DNA of 64,000 nucleotides from Chiloscyllium plagiosum. Taxonomy: Eukaryota. The stretch is taken from the NCBI RefSeq assembly GCF_004010195.1, contig NC_057719.1, positions 49,399,155-49,463,154 of the forward strand, written 5' to 3'. How positions within the stretch are numbered: the stretch's first letter is position 1; the number at the start of each line of letters is the position of its first letter. Shown piece by piece: positions 1-10,319 of the stretch. The notes under the pieces were generated by a model. That model was not told the DNA's origin and ran no database searches. It worked only from the letters and a program-made list of their open reading frames with translations. A program made the translations under genes and the position numbers.

Positions 1-994
1 CACACACCATGGGTGCTGAGGAAAAAATAAGCACTACCGCACTTAGGTGGTAGTGTGGGGGTTAATATTAAAAAGAAAAATAGGTAAAAAGGGGAGTGAA
101 AAAAAAGGATAAAAAAAAATACACAGGAGGGAGGTGGAGTGCATAAAAGAAAAAAAAATACACAGGAGGGAGCACTTTGTGTCTCACTGAAAAAAGAAAA
201 AGAAAAAGAAAAGAAAAAAAAGGGAATGTCTTGATCACACAGCATTGCCCTTTTGTGAAGGGCAGTGTTTGTTAAAAAAAAAATTATAAACAGGAGTGCC
301 TCCCTCCAATTCTATTTTGATTTAGTCCCGACCCTCCCCTTCACTGGTTTAATCACACAGCATTGCCCTTTGATGTGAAGGGCAGTGTTTGTCACTGGCC
401 ACTCGGGTGTTTTCCTATCTTCCTGGTGGTGGAAATTGAATAAAGATTCGTGCACTTTGTGTCTTTCACTGTGTCTCACACCTGCGCCCACACACCATGG
501 GTGCTGGGGATAAAATAAGCACTACCGCACTTAGGTGGTAGTGTGGGGGTTAAATTTTAAAAAAAAGAAAGAAAAAAAAGAGCACTTAGGTGGTAGTAAA
601 AAAAAAGAAAAAAAAAGAAAAAAGAGTACAACCAGGAGACTCCCTGGAGTTGTTCAGGGAGAGGTGGGCGCCGCAGGGAGTGGAGTGCATCATTTCTCCC
701 TCCAATTCTATTTTGATTTAGTCCCTACCCTCCCCTTCACTGTTTTGATCACACAGCACTGCCCTTTGATGTGAAGGGCAGTGTTTGTCACTCGCCACCC
801 GGGTGTTTTCCTATCTTCCTGATGGTGGAAATTGAATAAAGATTCGTGCACCTTGTGTATTTCACTGTGTCTCACATGTGCACACACACACCATGGGTGC
901 TGGGGAAAAAATAAGCACTACCGCACTTAGGTGGTAGTGTGGGGGTTAAATTTTTAAAAAAAGAAAGAAAAAAAATATAAAAAATAAAAAAATA
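1..994 (+). mobile_element. Tandem 5'-truncated Tx1-clade LINE 3' ends (family A: 1-64, 301-553, 639-950, plus small fragments), each A-tailed
   Basis: 641-721 translates SLELFRERWAPQGVECIISPSNSILI*, resembling the recalled C-terminus of Xenopus Tx1 ORF2. It is followed by a shared ~230-bp 3' UTR, a terminal hairpin and an A-rich tail. Confidence 0.82.
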
Positions 995-1066
995 ATAAAC
1001 AGGAGTGCCAGAGGTTCTGCTCACTCTGAGAGCTAGCTCTGAGAAAAAAAACAAAATAAATAGGAG

Positions 1067-2856
1067 ATGGTGGTCGGAAGGTGCTGAGGGCGGTTAGTGA
1101 AGCCAGAAGGTGGGTAGGCCGGCCTGACCACTGTCACCCCGGGCGGGTACTGGGGCGGGCTATCCTAGAGGTGGTCGAAAGGTGTGTCAGGGCAGACCGA
1201 GAACTGGAAGGTGGGTAGGGGCGGGCTGCCTTAGAGTGGTCGGAAGGTGGGAGGGTCAGGGGCTTGCTGGGTCTGTATTGTCTGCACTTTTGTATGTAAC
1301 AGTACTGTCTAATGTACAACTGTCATTGCTGTTGTCTCTTTATATCTTTATGTGAAACTGGAATTTGAGGTTTGTCCTCATGTCCCTGTAAACTGTTTGA
1401 ACGGTAGGGTTTGGGGCCTGGCTTTACTGCTCCTCTCCCTTATAAAATTGCTGTCTCATGTATGCAGCTGTAAACGTAACTGTTTGTTGTAAACTGTTTT
1501 TGTAATTTGTTTAATAAAAAAAAAATAAACAGGAGTGTCAGCGGTTCTGCTCACTCTGAGAGCTAGCTCTGAGAAAAAAACCAAAATAAATAGGAGATGG
1601 TGGTTGGAAGGTGCTGAGGGCGGTTAGTGAAGCTGGAAGGTGGGTAGGCTGTCCTGACTGCTGTCACCCTTTGTTTAATAATAAAAAAAATAAACAGGAG
1701 TGTCAGCGGTTCTGCTCACTCTGAGAGCTAGCTCTGAGAAAAAAACAAAATAAATAGGAGATGGTGGTTGGAAGGTGCTGAGGGCGGTTAGTGAAGCTGG
1801 AAGGTGGGTAGGCTGTCCTGACTGCTGTCACCCTGGGCGGGTACTGGGGTGGGCTGTCCTAGAGATGGTCAAAAGGTGCTGAGGGTGGTTAGTGAAGCTG
1901 GAAGGTGGGTAGGCCATTCTGACCGCTGTCACCCCGGGTGGATACCAGGGCAGGCTGTCCTAGAGGTGGTCAAAAGGTGTGTCAGGGCGGACCGAGAACT
2001 GGAAGGGGCATGGGGTGGACCGAGAGCCGGAAGGTGCGTAGGGGCGGGCTGCCTTAGAGTGGTCGGAAGGTGGGAGGGATGGGCGCTTGCTGGGTCTGTA
2101 TTGTATGCACTGTCTTTTTATGTAACTGGATTGGCTTTTTATGTACAAATGTCATTGTCACTGTCTTGTCATATGTGAAATTGGGATTTGAGGTTTGTCC
2201 TCCTCTCCCTGTAAACTGGTTGAACGGTAGGGTTTGGTGCCTGGCTTTGCTGCTCTTCTCCCTTGTAAAATTGTTGTTGTATACAGCTGTTAATGTTAAC
2301 TGTTTTTGATAAACTGTTTTGTAATTTGTTTAATAAAATTTAAAAAATAACCGGGAGTGTCAGAGGTTCTGTTCACTCGGAGAGTTGGCTCTGAGAAAAA
2401 AAATAAAATAAATAGGGTAGGCCGTCCTGACTTCTGTCACCCGGGCGGGTACCGGGGCGGGCTGTCCTTGAGGCAGTCGAAAGGTGTGTCAGGGTGGGCT
2501 GAGAACTGGAAGGGGCATGGGGTGGACCGAGAGCCAGAAGGTGCATAGGTGCGGGCTGCCTTAGAGTGGCCAGAAGGTGGGAGGGATGGCAGGGGCTTGC
2601 TGGGTTTTCTGGGGACTGCATTGTATGCACTGTTTCTTACGTAATTGTACTGTCTTATATGTACAAATGTCATTGTTACTGGTTGTAATGATTGAAACTG
2701 GGATTTGAAGTTTGTCCTCATTTCCCTGAAAACTGGTTGAATGTCAGGGTTTTGGGCTTGGCTTTGCCATTTCTCTCCCTTGTCAAATTGCTGTTTCTTT
2801 GTATACAGCTGTAAATGGTAGTTGTTTTATAAACTGTGAATTGTTTAATATAAAAT
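1067..2856 (+). mobile_element. Four tandem copies of a second A-tailed unit (family B: ~1067-1524, 1597-1689, 1761-2346, 2414-2856), probably an L1/Tx1-type 3' UTR
   Basis: G-rich GGAAGGTG subrepeats, then a TG-rich segment ending TGTAATTTGTTTAATAAAA plus an A tail. The 5' ends vary and the 3' end is common. No protein motif recognised. Confidence 0.6.
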
Positions 2857-2870
2857 TACAAAAAGGAGAT

Positions 2871-3185
2871 CCCTTGTGATTTTCAGGGAGAGATGGGCAA
2901 TGCAGGGTATGGAGTGTTTCATTTCCCCCTCCAATTCTATTTTGATTTAATCCCTGCCCTCCCCTCCCCTCCCCTTCACTGTTTGATCACACAGCATTGA
3001 CCTTTGTCGAGAAGGGCACTGCTTGTCACTGGCTACTTGAGTGTTTCCTTTCTTCCTGGTGGTAAAATATAAATAAAGATTTACACACTTATTGTTTTTC
3101 ACTGTGTCCGACACCTACACACACACACACACACACGACATGGGTGCGGGGGAGAATTACGCACTACTGTAGTTAGGTAGTTTTT
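2871..3185 (+). mobile_element. Older, diverged Tx1 family A 3' end
   Basis: 2873-2950 translates LVIFRERWAMQGMECFISPSNSILI*. Same UTR with an expanded (AC)n. Flanked on both sides by AAAAAGGAGAT (2860-2870 and 3187-3197), which looks like a TSD. Confidence 0.8.
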
Positions 3186-3316
3186 AAAAAAGGAGATTCA
3201 GAATCTCCTTTCTTCAGGGACAGACTCCGAGCTGGCTGGCCATAGTCAATGTACTGTGCACATGTAAATAAAGGGTGACTTAGTGATGGGATCCAAGCCT
3301 CTGTGCAGTTATTTCA
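3186..3316 (+). repeat. 3' part of the Gypsy 5' LTR (from TATA-like motif to terminal CA)
   Basis: AAAAAAGGAGATTCAGAATCTCCT...GAGCTGGCTGGCC...TGTACTGTGCACATGTAAATAAAG...TTATTTCA aligns by eye with 10558-10667. Confidence 0.88.
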
Positions 3317-5977
3317 ATGGCCAAGAGAGGAAACAATATATGCCTGAAGAACATTCATTCACAAAAGTCGTCTTGAGGTTTGGGTAAGCATTTCTGGCAC
3401 CATTTCTTTATTTGGGAAGCTTGACTCGTTCAATCTTCCATTGACGACTGGGTCCAGTATATGGAAAGAATATTGATATTTTCTTTCTGTGCAAATGACA
3501 TTGGGGCAGATGAAAAGCAATGAGTAATCCTTCTGATTGTTTGTGGACCTGCTGCATTTTCAGTTATAAGGGGCTTAACTTTCCTAGAAAGACACCAGAT
3601 ACTAAAACTTTCCAAGGGTTGATGGATTTGGTTAAGGAGTATTATAACCCCAAACTTCCTCTAATTCTGAGATGCTCTCAGTTTTATTCAACTACTTGAG
3701 AATTGGGGGAATCCATATCGGGAATTTTGATGAGGTTAAGACTGGCAGAGGCATGTGATTTTGGGTTAACCCTGAATAAGGTGCTGAGGGACTGTTTAGT
3801 ATATTGGATTAGTGATATGACCATGCAAAAGCGCCTAATGGCTGAAGCCCAACTGGACTACAACTGGCTTTATCATTAGAAAATGCAGCAAGTGGAGCAT
3901 GAGAGTTACAGGGAAGTGGACACCTTCAACTGTCCGCCTACACCACTTGAGTGTAGGCAATCACAGAGTCTCATGTAGGGCATATCCTGAGCAGAGGGAC
4001 CCTAGGTCAGCCCACAGCAGAACCCCACAACAAAGCCAAGCCTTGGCCAAGTGGTTAAAACTGTTCTTCAGGATTTGGGCCAGCAAGCCATTGTAGTTGC
4101 TGCTGGTATGCGGACTCGAGACAGTAAAGGAGATCTACAAGGTCTGACTCGAGTAAGAAAACTTATAGGCCGGTATACAGGAGAGCGCACACCCTGGAAA
4201 GTTCAGCTACATGTGTGTCGGAACAATTAAATTGCTGAGCTATATCCAAATCAGTATCAGTAATGTTTAGTTAAGTGGTTACCCAGTTCTCATGGAGGTC
4301 GATACTGGCGCTACAGTATCTATGATTGCAGAACCTGTCTTCAACAAGATTCGCTCTGGACTCCAACCCTTAAGTTTGCATATGACCTCAGCCTGACTGA
4401 GAACATACACTGGGTAACCATTACAGATTAAGGGTATGACTTTGTTTCTGGTCTCCTATGAGAAACAGTTGGTGCAGTTATCACTGATGGTGGTAGAGAG
4501 CTCAGGCCCAAGTCTATTGGGGCAGATTTGGGTGTGAAAGATTCACCTGGATTGGGTCAACATTTTTCGATTACAAAATGGTTGCCTCAGTGAAGTCCCT
4601 GGTGAAATACACTGAAATTTTTCAGGAAGGGCTAGGGGCTATCAAAGGGGCCGAAACCCTCTACATGTTGACCAGGAAGCAATTCCACGATCCTGCAAGG
4701 CCCACCAAGTGTAATTTGCCTTACGGGCAAAAGTAGAGGCAGAAATCAGGAGGTTGGGAAGTGCAGGAATCATCAAATCAGTCCACTTTGAGGAGTGGGT
4801 AGCACCGGTTGTACTGATTGTGAAACTTGACGGCTGGATTCGCCTAAACCACTTCTCACAGCTGGATAAATACCCAATTCCTCACATCGTACTCATTGGA
4901 TTTGTACACAAAATTGGCAGGGGTGCTGTGAAGCTGGGCATGAGCCACGCCTATCTGCAATTGTGAAGACTTGAGCAGTCCCAGAAGTACGCTACAATGA
5001 ATACCCATAAGGGTTTATATCAATACACAATCTGCCGTCTGGGGTATCATCAGCCCGCACCCATTTCCAGGGGATCATGGAGAACATTTTACAAGGGCTG
5101 CTGCAGTTTGCCATTTATCTAGATGGTGTACTAATAACAGGGAGGACCACTAAAGAGCACTTAGAGAACCTGGACATAGTGCTTAAACGTTTCTCCCAGG
5201 GAGGGGTATGCCTCAGGAGGAAGAAATGTGTGTTGCAGGCTTCCACAAGTGACCTACTTGGTTTATAGAGTTGACAAAACCAGGTTACACCTGGTAGTCA
5301 AAGGAATCCCAGCTCCGACGTCTGTACTGGAGCTTAGGCCTTTTCTCGGGTTGGTGAATTATTACAGGAAATTCACACATAACCTGGGCTCCATCGTGGC
5401 ACCCTTACACCTGCTATTGAAAAGCAGTCAGCCTTGGAAAATGGCCACGTAGCCAAGACATAGCCTTTTGGAAAGTGAAAAAGCAGCTATCTTCTAAGGT
5501 GTTAGCCCACTAAGATCCGAAGCGAGAGGTGACATGTGCAGGACTGGGGTAGTGTTGGCTCACCAATTCCCAATGGCGCGGAATGCCTGATAGCATTCCC
5601 AATGGAGAGGCACAGCTGATGCTTTCTGGACTTTGGTTCATGCCAAACGTAAATATGCCCAGATAGAGAAGGAAGTTTTGGCAGTGATGTTTGATGTGAG
5701 GAACTCCGACCAATATCTTTATGGATAGGAATTTGTCATAATAACAGATCCATGCTAGGGCTACTGAAGGAAGACAAGGCAGTGCTGCCCATAACTCCCA
5801 GTTGAATTCAGTGGTGGGCCATTATTCTCAGCAGATCATCATCCTGGAAGCCACGTGGCTAATCTGGATGCCTTGAGCTGCCTCCCACTGGCAGATACTC
5901 CACTGATGGTGCCTCCTCTGGAAGAGTCTGTTCTGGTTTTAAACTTCCAGGACATGCTTCTGGTCATCGCTGACAAT

Positions 5978-6308
5978 GATTAGAGTAGATTACTTACAGC
6001 ATGGAAACAGGCCCTTCGGCCCAACAAGTCCACACTGACCCTCCAAAGAGTAACCCACTCAGATTCATTCCCTACCCTATGTTTATCCCTGAGTAATGCA
6101 CCTAACACTATGGGCAATTTAGCATGGCCTATTTACCTGACTTGAACATTTTTGGATTGTGAGAGGAAACTGGAGCACCAAGAGGAAACCCACGCAGACA
6201 CGGGGAGAATGTGCAAACTCTACACAGACAGTCGCCCAAGGCAGGAATCGAACCCAGGACCCTGGTGCTGTGAGTCAGCAATGCTAACACTGAGCCACCA
6301 TGCCGCCC
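5978..6308 (-). mobile_element. tRNA-derived V-SINE (HE1-like) inserted in Gypsy pol
   Basis: Reverse complement reads GGGCGGCATGGTGGCTCAGTGTTAGCA (A box), GGTTCGATTCC (B box), the V-core GAGTTTGCACATTCTCCCCGTGTCTGCGTGGGTTTCC and a CR1-like tail. Confidence 0.88.
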
Positions 6309-6716
6309 ATAATATCTGACTGTGGACACAAAGGAATCTGGTTTTGACAAGACTAAAACAGCTGGTGGTAATGGGGGAAACAAAAGAACCATTACAACCA
6401 GATCTGAAATCTTTCAGGATCCAGTGAGATCAGATCACCGTAGAGGACAGCTTTTTATTACGGAGGGCCAGAGTGGTTGTTCTGAGTGGATATTGCCATT
6501 AGATTCTGCTGAACTCCAACGGGGTCATCCAGGGGTTTCCAAAATGAAGGTGTTGGCAAGGAGTTATGTCTCGTGGCCAGGGTTGGATGCCAACATAACT
6601 ATGTTGGTGAGACAGTGCCCAGAGTGCCAACAGTGTCAAAAATTGCCACCACCAGCACCCCCACATTCATGGGACTGGCCGGATAAAGCCTGTACTCGGT
6701 TACATGTTGGCTATGC

Positions 6717-9350
6717 CATAAGACCATAAAAACATAAGAAATAGGAGTGGAAGTAAGGCCATTCAGCCCATCAAGTCCACTCCGCCATTCATTCGTGGCT
6801 GATGGGCATTTCAATGCCACTTACCCGCACTCTTCCCATATCCCTTAATTCCTTGCAAGATTAAGAATTGATCAATCTGTCCCTTGAAGACATTTACCGT
6901 CCTGGCCTCCACTGCACTCCGTGGCAGTGAATTTCACAGGCCCACCACTCTCTGGCTGAAGAAATGTCTCCTCATTTCCGTTCTAAATTTACCCCCTCTA
7001 ATTCTAAGGCTGTGCCCATGAGTCATAGTATCCCCACCTGATGGAAACAATTTCCCAGCATCCACCCTTTCTAAGCCATGCATTATCTTGTAAGTTTCTA
7101 TTAGATCTCCACTCAACCTTCTGAACTCTGATGAATACAATCCCAAGATCCTCAGCCATTCATCGTATGTTAGGCCTATCATTCCAGGGATCATCCATGT
7201 GAATCTCCGCTGGACACATTCCAGTGCCAGTATGTCCTTCCTGAGGTGTGAGGCCCAAAATTGGACACAGTATTCTAAATGGGGCCTAACCAGAGCTTTA
7301 TAAAGTCTTAGTAGTACCTCACTGCTTTTACATTTCAACTCTCTTGAAATAAATGACAACATTACATTTGCTTTCGTAACCACGGACTCAACCTGCAAGT
7401 CGACCTTTAGAGAATCCTGTACTAGCACTTTCAGATCCCTTTGTACATTGGTTTTATGAATTTTCTCAGTACAAGACCTCACATTTGCTCACATTGAATT
7501 TCATCAGTCATTTCTTGGACCATTCTCCTAAACTGTCTAAATCTTTCTGTAGCCTCCCCACCTCCTCAGAACTACCGCCTTGTCCACCTAACTTTGTATC
7601 ATCAGTCCCCAGTCTCATCATCCAGATCAGTTACATATAAAGTGAACAGCTGCGGCCCCAACACTGAACCCTGCAGGACACTACTTGTCACCAGCTGCCA
7701 TTCCGAAAAAGAGCCTTTTATCCGAATTCTCTGCCTTCTGTCAGACAGCTAATCCTCAATCCATGCCAATAGCTCACCTCGAACACCATGGGCCCTCGCC
7801 TTACTCAACAGCCTCCCGTGAGGCACCATACCAAAGGCCTTTTGGAAGTCTAGGTAGATAACATCTACGGGGTTTCCCTGGTCTAACTTTCTTGTTACCT
7901 CTTCAAAGAATTCTAATAGGTTTGTCAGGCATGACTTCCCCTTTCTAAATCCATGCTAACTTGTTCTAATTCAACCCTGCACTTCCAAAAATTTAGAAAT
8001 CTCTTCCTTAACGATGGATTCTAGAATTTTACCTACAATCGAGGTTAGGCTAATCAGCCATAATTTTCCATCTTTTGTCTTGATCCTTTCTTGAAAAAGG
8101 GGGTTAGAATAGTGATTTTCCAGTTTTCTGGGATTTTCCGTGACTCCAGTGATTTTTGAACCAATGCCTCTGCTATTTCTTCAGCCACCTCCCTCAGAAC
8201 TCTAGGATGTAGCCCATCTGGGCCAGGAGATTTATCAATGTTTTGACCTTTTATCTTATCAAGTACTTTCTCCTTTCTGATGGCCACCATACTTAACTCT
8301 GCCTCTTGACTCTCCTTAATTGTTGGGATATTACTCATGTCTTCCACTGTGAAGATTGACACAAAGTATTTATTAAGTTCTTCAGCTATTTCCTTATCTC
8401 CCATCATTAGCCTTCCTGCATCAATTTGGAGCGGCCCAATTTCTACTTTTGCCTCTCGTTTGTTTCTTTTGTATTGAAATAAACTTTTACTATCATTTCT
8501 AATATTACTGGCTAGCTTACCTTCACATTTGATCCTCTCCTTCCTTATTTCTCTCTTTGTTATCCTCTGTTTGATTTTGTAGTCTCCCCAATCTTCTGAT
8601 TTCCCGTGCTCTTGGCCACTTTATAGGCTCTAATTTCCTGAGTTCCTTCATCAGCCATGGGTGCCTAATCCCCAAGCACCCCCCAGGTAATCTTTCTTTT
8701 CTTTGGGATGTACCTCTGTACTGTGTCCTCAATTACATCCAGAAACTCTTGCCATTGTTGCTCTACTGTCTTCCCCACTAGGCTATGCTTCTAGTCAATT
8801 TTCATCAGTTCCTCTCTCATGCCCCTGTAATTACCTTTATTTAACTGTAGCACCAATGCATCCAATTTTGCCTTCTCTCTTTCAAACTGCAGACTGAACT
8901 CCACCATATTATGATCACTGCCTCCTAAGTGTTCCCTGACTTTAAGATCTTTTATAAAATCTGGCTCATTACATAGCCCTAAGTCTAGAATAGCCTGCTC
9001 CATTGCAAGCTGTCCCAAAAAGCCATCCTGTAAGCATTCCATGAATTCCCTTTCTTTGGATCCACCAGCAACATAATTCACCCAGTCTATTTGCATATTG
9101 AAGTCCCCCATGATCACTGTGACCTTACCTTTCTGACATGCCCTATCTATTTCCTGGAACATCTTGCGCCCTTGGTCCTGACCACTGCTGGGATGTCTGT
9201 ATGTAATTCCCGTTATGGTTTTGTTTTGTGGTTCCTCAACTCCATCCACACAGACACCACGTCATCTGACACTATATCATTTATTGCTGTAGACTTAGTT
9301 TCATTTTTAACTAACAGGGCAACCCTGCCCCCTCTGCCCACCTCCCTGTC
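6717..9350 (-). mobile_element. CR1 LINE (5'-truncated, internally deleted) inserted in the Gypsy integrase
   Basis: APE motifs MGDFN, LDL and GSDHN; KSPGPDGLHPRVL; LYKALVRPHLEYCVQFW; short-repeat tail. Splits the integrase motif LHVxYA|GPF. Confidence 0.92.
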
Positions 9351-10319
9351 AGTCCTTTCATGGACTCAAGGTTCTTAGTCATTGTGGATGCCCAATCAAG
9401 TGGATGGAGATGCATACTGTTCATTCAGAAAACTCAGGAATGATGATTGAAAAGCTGAGAGCATCATTGTGATACACAGACTCCTGGAAGTATTAGTTAT
9501 GTACAATGGGTCATCATTCGAGAATTTCCTGAAGTTGAATGGCATTCAGCACGTTTGTATAGGTCCATACCATCCATCGTCCAATGGTCTGGTGGAAAGA
9601 ACAATCCAAACTTTAAAGACAGCTTAAAGAAACACCTTACATAGTGTCACTCAATACAAACTGTCCTGGTTCCAGTTCAATTATCAGATAGCCCCAGCAG
9701 AATTACTGATGGGGAGAAGACTCCACACCAGGTTAAATCTGATATTCTCAGACCTGGGGGTGGGTGGGGGTGCAGTGTGAAATGGCAGCAGGAACACCAA
9801 TGCTGGCCACATGCTGCCCTAAGCAAGAGAGGCAATTTACTTCAGGAGACAAAGTTTGGTGCCAGAAACACAGAAATGGCCCTCTATGGGTACAAGACAA
9901 GGTTGACACGAGGTCAGGTCCTGTGACTTACAAAGCTCGGGTGGGTGATACTTCTTATAAACACGTTGAACCTGAAAGTTCTTACCTCACAAACAGAGAA
10001 ACAGAGCAAAACATACCTGGTTCCTCAGAACAACCAGAGGCCTGTCAGAAACCGTGGGCTTTCCCCCTCTGTCTAGTGTCGAGAAAACTTCAGATTCTGA
10101 GATGGATGCAGCCTCGATACTGTTACTGCTGGAGGAAGAGGAAGAAATGCTCCGGACGCAAGAAACGGGCTATTGTCTAATACACACTGCTCATGTCAGA
10201 GTCTGAGTCAGAGGAACTGGACCTGGAGTGAAAACATTGAAGGAAAAGTTACAAGAGAAACATCAGGCCTACATCCATGGTCTTGTGGAGTTGGAGGGGC
10301 GGGGGGGGACTGCGGGAAG

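Larger units (their letters stand above)
3400..10180 (+). pseudogene. Gypsy gag-pol remnant, with frameshifts, stops and two nested insertions
   Basis: gag-like LFGKLDSF..DWVQYMER ~3408. Protease MEVDTGATVSMI at 4292. RT EWVAPVVLIVK and degenerate YLDG (5116). RNase H KYAQIEKEVLAVMF ~5650. Integrase Zn-finger HPGVSKMKVLARSYVSWPG..CPEC ~6525-6630. Integrase core PYHPSSNGLVERTIQTL ~9565. C-terminal GDKVW..GPVTY ~9845-9930. Confidence 0.92.

Noticed and set aside
32..64. Helitron 3' hairpin
   Set aside because: No CTRR terminus. The unit ends in an A tract and is preceded by a Tx1-type ORF2 C-terminus.
1849..2721. ORFs within family B units
   Set aside because: Short, not maintained between copies, no recognisable motif; explained by G-rich repeats.
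1..3190. CRISPR-like repeat-spacer array
   Set aside because: Eukaryotic context, variable unit lengths with A tails, 'spacers' that are mutually homologous LINE 3' ends, and no cas genes.
6230..6308. tRNA gene
   Set aside because: The A/B boxes belong to a SINE head that continues into a V-core; same at 25757, 52085 and 59792.
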